From NCBI GenBank assembly GCA_038496445.1, contig JALMLS010000322.1, forward strand, positions 1,116,001 through 1,180,000: a stretch of 64,000 nucleotides of DNA, in the 5' to 3' direction. The stretch comes from Trichosphaerium sp. ATCC 40318. Its lineage: Eukaryota; Protista; Tubulinea. This document shows, in pieces, positions 61,598-64,000 of this stretch. The notes beneath the pieces were generated by a model. The model ran no database searches. It saw only the letters and a program-made list of their open reading frames with translations, and was not told where the DNA came from. A program made the position numbers and the translations under genes. How positions within the stretch are numbered: the first letter of the stretch is position 1; every line of letters starts with the position of its first letter.

Positions 61598-62716
61598 TCA
61601 AGTGAAATAGTGAATATATTGAATACCCATTGACTCAACAGCCTCTTTTGTAACTTTAGAAAAGAGTGTTGCAACACGTTTTAGCGATTTGAGATATTTC
61701 AAACAATCATTTGTAATATTATCACATCCACACAGTTTGAGGTGTTCAAGGTTGATCAATGTCTTTAAACCCAAGTCTGTTATCCTAGGGGAATAAACAA
61801 GATGAAGGTATTTGGCATTAATCAATGCTTTGATGCCATCATCTGTAAGATTATTTCTCCCACCATTAATACGAATTGACTGCACATTGCAAAGGAGTCG
61901 GAGCCACGAATCCTTTGGGTCAGAAAGATGAATCTCGTGAACATCTTTGAGTGCCTTGATCGCTTCAATAGTAATAAGACGTGTAGAACCAGTCAGCTTA
62001 ATTGTGTGTACACCAACAAGACTTTGGATTGCTTCATCTGTTACTACACGCATGTAGCTCAGGTCAATATTATGCACACCAGCAAGCGACATTATACCTT
62101 TAGCAGTCACATGAGTTTCATTCAAAGCAATAGTGTGCACTCCAGCGAGTGCTTTTACACCTTCATCTGTCACTTGTGTACCCTCCAGATTAATATTATG
62201 AACACCTTTAAGGGCTTGTATACCTACATTTGTCACTTCAGTGTAACTAAGATCAATTGTATGAACACCAGCAAGTGCTATAACACCTTCATCTGTCACT
62301 TGAGTGTAACCAAGATTAATCTGATGAACGCCAGCAAGTAATTTGACACCTTGATCATCAATATCAGCCTCAAAAAGGTTGATCGTATGTACTCCAGCAA
62401 GCCATTTCATACCTTCTGCTGTTATATAACTTTTATGAAGAGCAATGCTATGGACGCCTGCAAATTGTTCCAGAAGCTCATCTGATGGAAACCCCTCAGA
62501 ATCAAATGCCAGCAATTTGATTTCTGTGTGTTTCATGATCCCTTTATGTTTTACAACCTGTTTCGCTTGTTTAGCCGTCCTTATCCTCACACTATGATAG
62601 CCGATAATGTCATGAATAATAGAAGAAAAGAGACAACATGTTTGACAAGCTGCAAATCGATCTTTTATATTTTCTAAAATACTTGCTAGAATCTCGATAG
62701 GTATATCCAATAACAT
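61598..62716 (-). CDS. Intronless F-box + 22-aa leucine-rich-repeat protein
   Basis: F-box-like 'LLDIPIEILASILENI....ACQTC'; 66-bp tandem repeats encoding 'LAGVHTIDLSYTEVTDEGVKA'; a single 372-aa ORF. Confidence 0.9.
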   Translation of the reverse strand: MLLDIPIEILASILENIKDRFAACQTCCLFSSIIHDIIGYHSVRIRTAKQAKQVVKHKGIMKHTEIKLLAFDSEGFPSDELLEQFAGVHSIALHKSYITAEGMKWLAGVHTINLFEADIDDQGVKLLAGVHQINLGYTQVTDEGVIALAGVHTIDLSYTEVTNVGIQALKGVHNINLEGTQVTDEGVKALAGVHTIALNETHVTAKGIMSLAGVHNIDLSYMRVVTDEAIQSLVGVHTIKLTGSTRLITIEAIKALKDVHEIHLSDPKDSWLRLLCNVQSIRINGGRNNLTDDGIKALINAKYLHLVYSPRITDLGLKTLINLEHLKLCGCDNITNDCLKYLKSLKRVATLFSKVTKEAVESMGIQYIHYFT

Positions 62717-63370
62717 TGTTTCAGCACTAGTAGTATTTTAGAATGATATTTAAACAACAACAGAGGTTCTTAATAATATAAGAAACGTAGTAGGTGCATT
62801 TAACCTGAAATAACGCCATTTTAATTTAAAACGTTGTCATCACATTTCAGGTCAAACAAACCACGTCGTTGTATTTAATTTTTACCTTCGATTAATGCTT
62901 GCGTTAGACACCTGGTTGCATCGTTTGTTACTTCCATCCATGGTTACCGCCTACGTTCGTTGGTATATTGCAACCCAGCGAGCTTGTTTTCTATGAGAAG
63001 TGTGACACGCGTTAAATTTAAAACTGTTGACTGTGTGAAGACCAAAAAACTTACTTTGTCGTAGCACGTGGCTACGTGAAAACGCAATGAGATACATTCT
63101 GCAGGCATTTCTGCTAAGCGTACTCTGGTAGGACGCTTTGGTACTATCAAAGCAAAACGAACGTTAAAGCCATTCAGCTTAACAGCTCTGGGAAAGTATG
63201 TGATGTGCATAGTGAAGCCAACTGGATATTTTTTTTTGAGATGAGAAAGTCGTATTTAACAATCGATTTTGTACGCTCTAACGTTGGAATCGACGGTATT
63301 CTACATTGGAGGCTCTACCGAAAAATAGTTGCACAACAAGTAAAGAGACTTAAAGACAAAGTTGGTTCGT

Positions 63371-64000
63371 TTATTGCTTTGCAGGTGTGCCTTCATAAGC
63401 CAGTTTCTCCTTGAGTACAAAGTCCCAAACAGTAGTCAAGCGCTTGTTAATATCAGCACGTGTGTCGTTACTAGTTTTTTGGTCCCACTGATAAAAACCT
63501 GTACCGGTCTTGATACCTTAAAAAAAAGCCAAGTTAGCAAAAAGCACTCCCAATTATAAAGTTTAGACGCACCAATGTGATTGTCGTCAACCTTTTTCTT
63601 GAGTGTTTTGCTTACAGTAGTGTCTTTGCAAAGCACCTTAAGCATTTCTGATTGGGCTTTACATGTTGTGTCCAAACCACTTACATCTTTTTGCATTAAC
63701 AGACCAGTGATACACATACGTGGTCCAAGCATAAACTTTGCTACTTTATCAATTTCTTCAGCAGTAACAATTCCCTTATCAAGTAGATCGTATACTTCCC
63801 GGTACATAGCATGTTGTAGCCTGTTTGTAATAAATCTGAATCGCGTCAGTGAGGTAAAACAAATGGTTGATTAAACTCGTCCAAAAAAAGTACCCTTGTA
63901 GTGGTTTTTGCAGCAATACTACAGCCTTGCCAGCTGCTTCCAAAATATCTGAAACAATTTTAATGTTCTCATCTGAGGAGTCTTTCATCTTTGTGACTTC
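63371..64000 (-). CDS. 3-hydroxyacyl-CoA dehydrogenase family protein (3' part; 5' part outside window)
   Basis: 'GKAVVLLQKPLQG|FITNRLQHAMYREV..L...G....EEID......GPR', 'GIKTGTGFYQW'. Confidence 0.85.

Noticed and set aside
62944-63414. Short ORFs between the F-box/LRR gene and the dehydrogenase
   Set aside because: No motifs or convincing splice structure.
1-64000. Alternative genetic code suggested by fragmented ORFs
   Set aside because: Short introns explain the fragmentation, and TAA, TAG and TGA all end conserved proteins.
58637-64000. PIP kinase and 3-hydroxyacyl-CoA dehydrogenase as members of the lipid cluster
   Set aside because: They have no known biochemical link to furan/cyclopropane fatty-acid synthesis; proximity is expected by chance at this gene density.

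Overview
Gene-dense eukaryotic (protist-type) genomic DNA. It holds about 25 protein-coding genes split by many short GT/GC-AG introns (mostly ~45-65 nt, with CTAAC/CTGAC-like branch points) and uses the standard genetic code; several gene pairs are head-to-head. An amoebozoan-like host is suggested by a Sib-like VWA/Cys-repeat membrane protein and SPY, but this is inference. Recognisable genes: RhoGAP(+WH2), VWA/polyQ protein, C2-PARP6/8-like, SPINDLY, CHD remodeller, spermidine synthase, PTEN-C2-SH3, CDC73, PI synthase, RPAIN, RRM-AC19, Mdm35/TRIAP1, PP2C, ACAD8, PNKP, patatin TAG lipase, PIP kinase, an intronless F-box/LRR gene and a 3-hydroxyacyl-CoA dehydrogenase. The main highlight is a spliced lipid gene cluster at 49-58.5 kb. 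It comprises an FAD-oxidoreductase/cyclopropane-synthase fusion (UfaD+UfaM-like), a TAG lipase, and a DUF1365 (UfaO-like) protein fused to a His-box-dead delta-9-desaturase remnant, which together make a candidate eukaryotic furan-fatty-acid pathway. The second highlight is a 5.4 kb gene-free, CpG-depleted island of nested TIR elements (31.4-36.9 kb) showing signatures of 5mC deamination. Gene boundaries were spliced by eye and are approximate.
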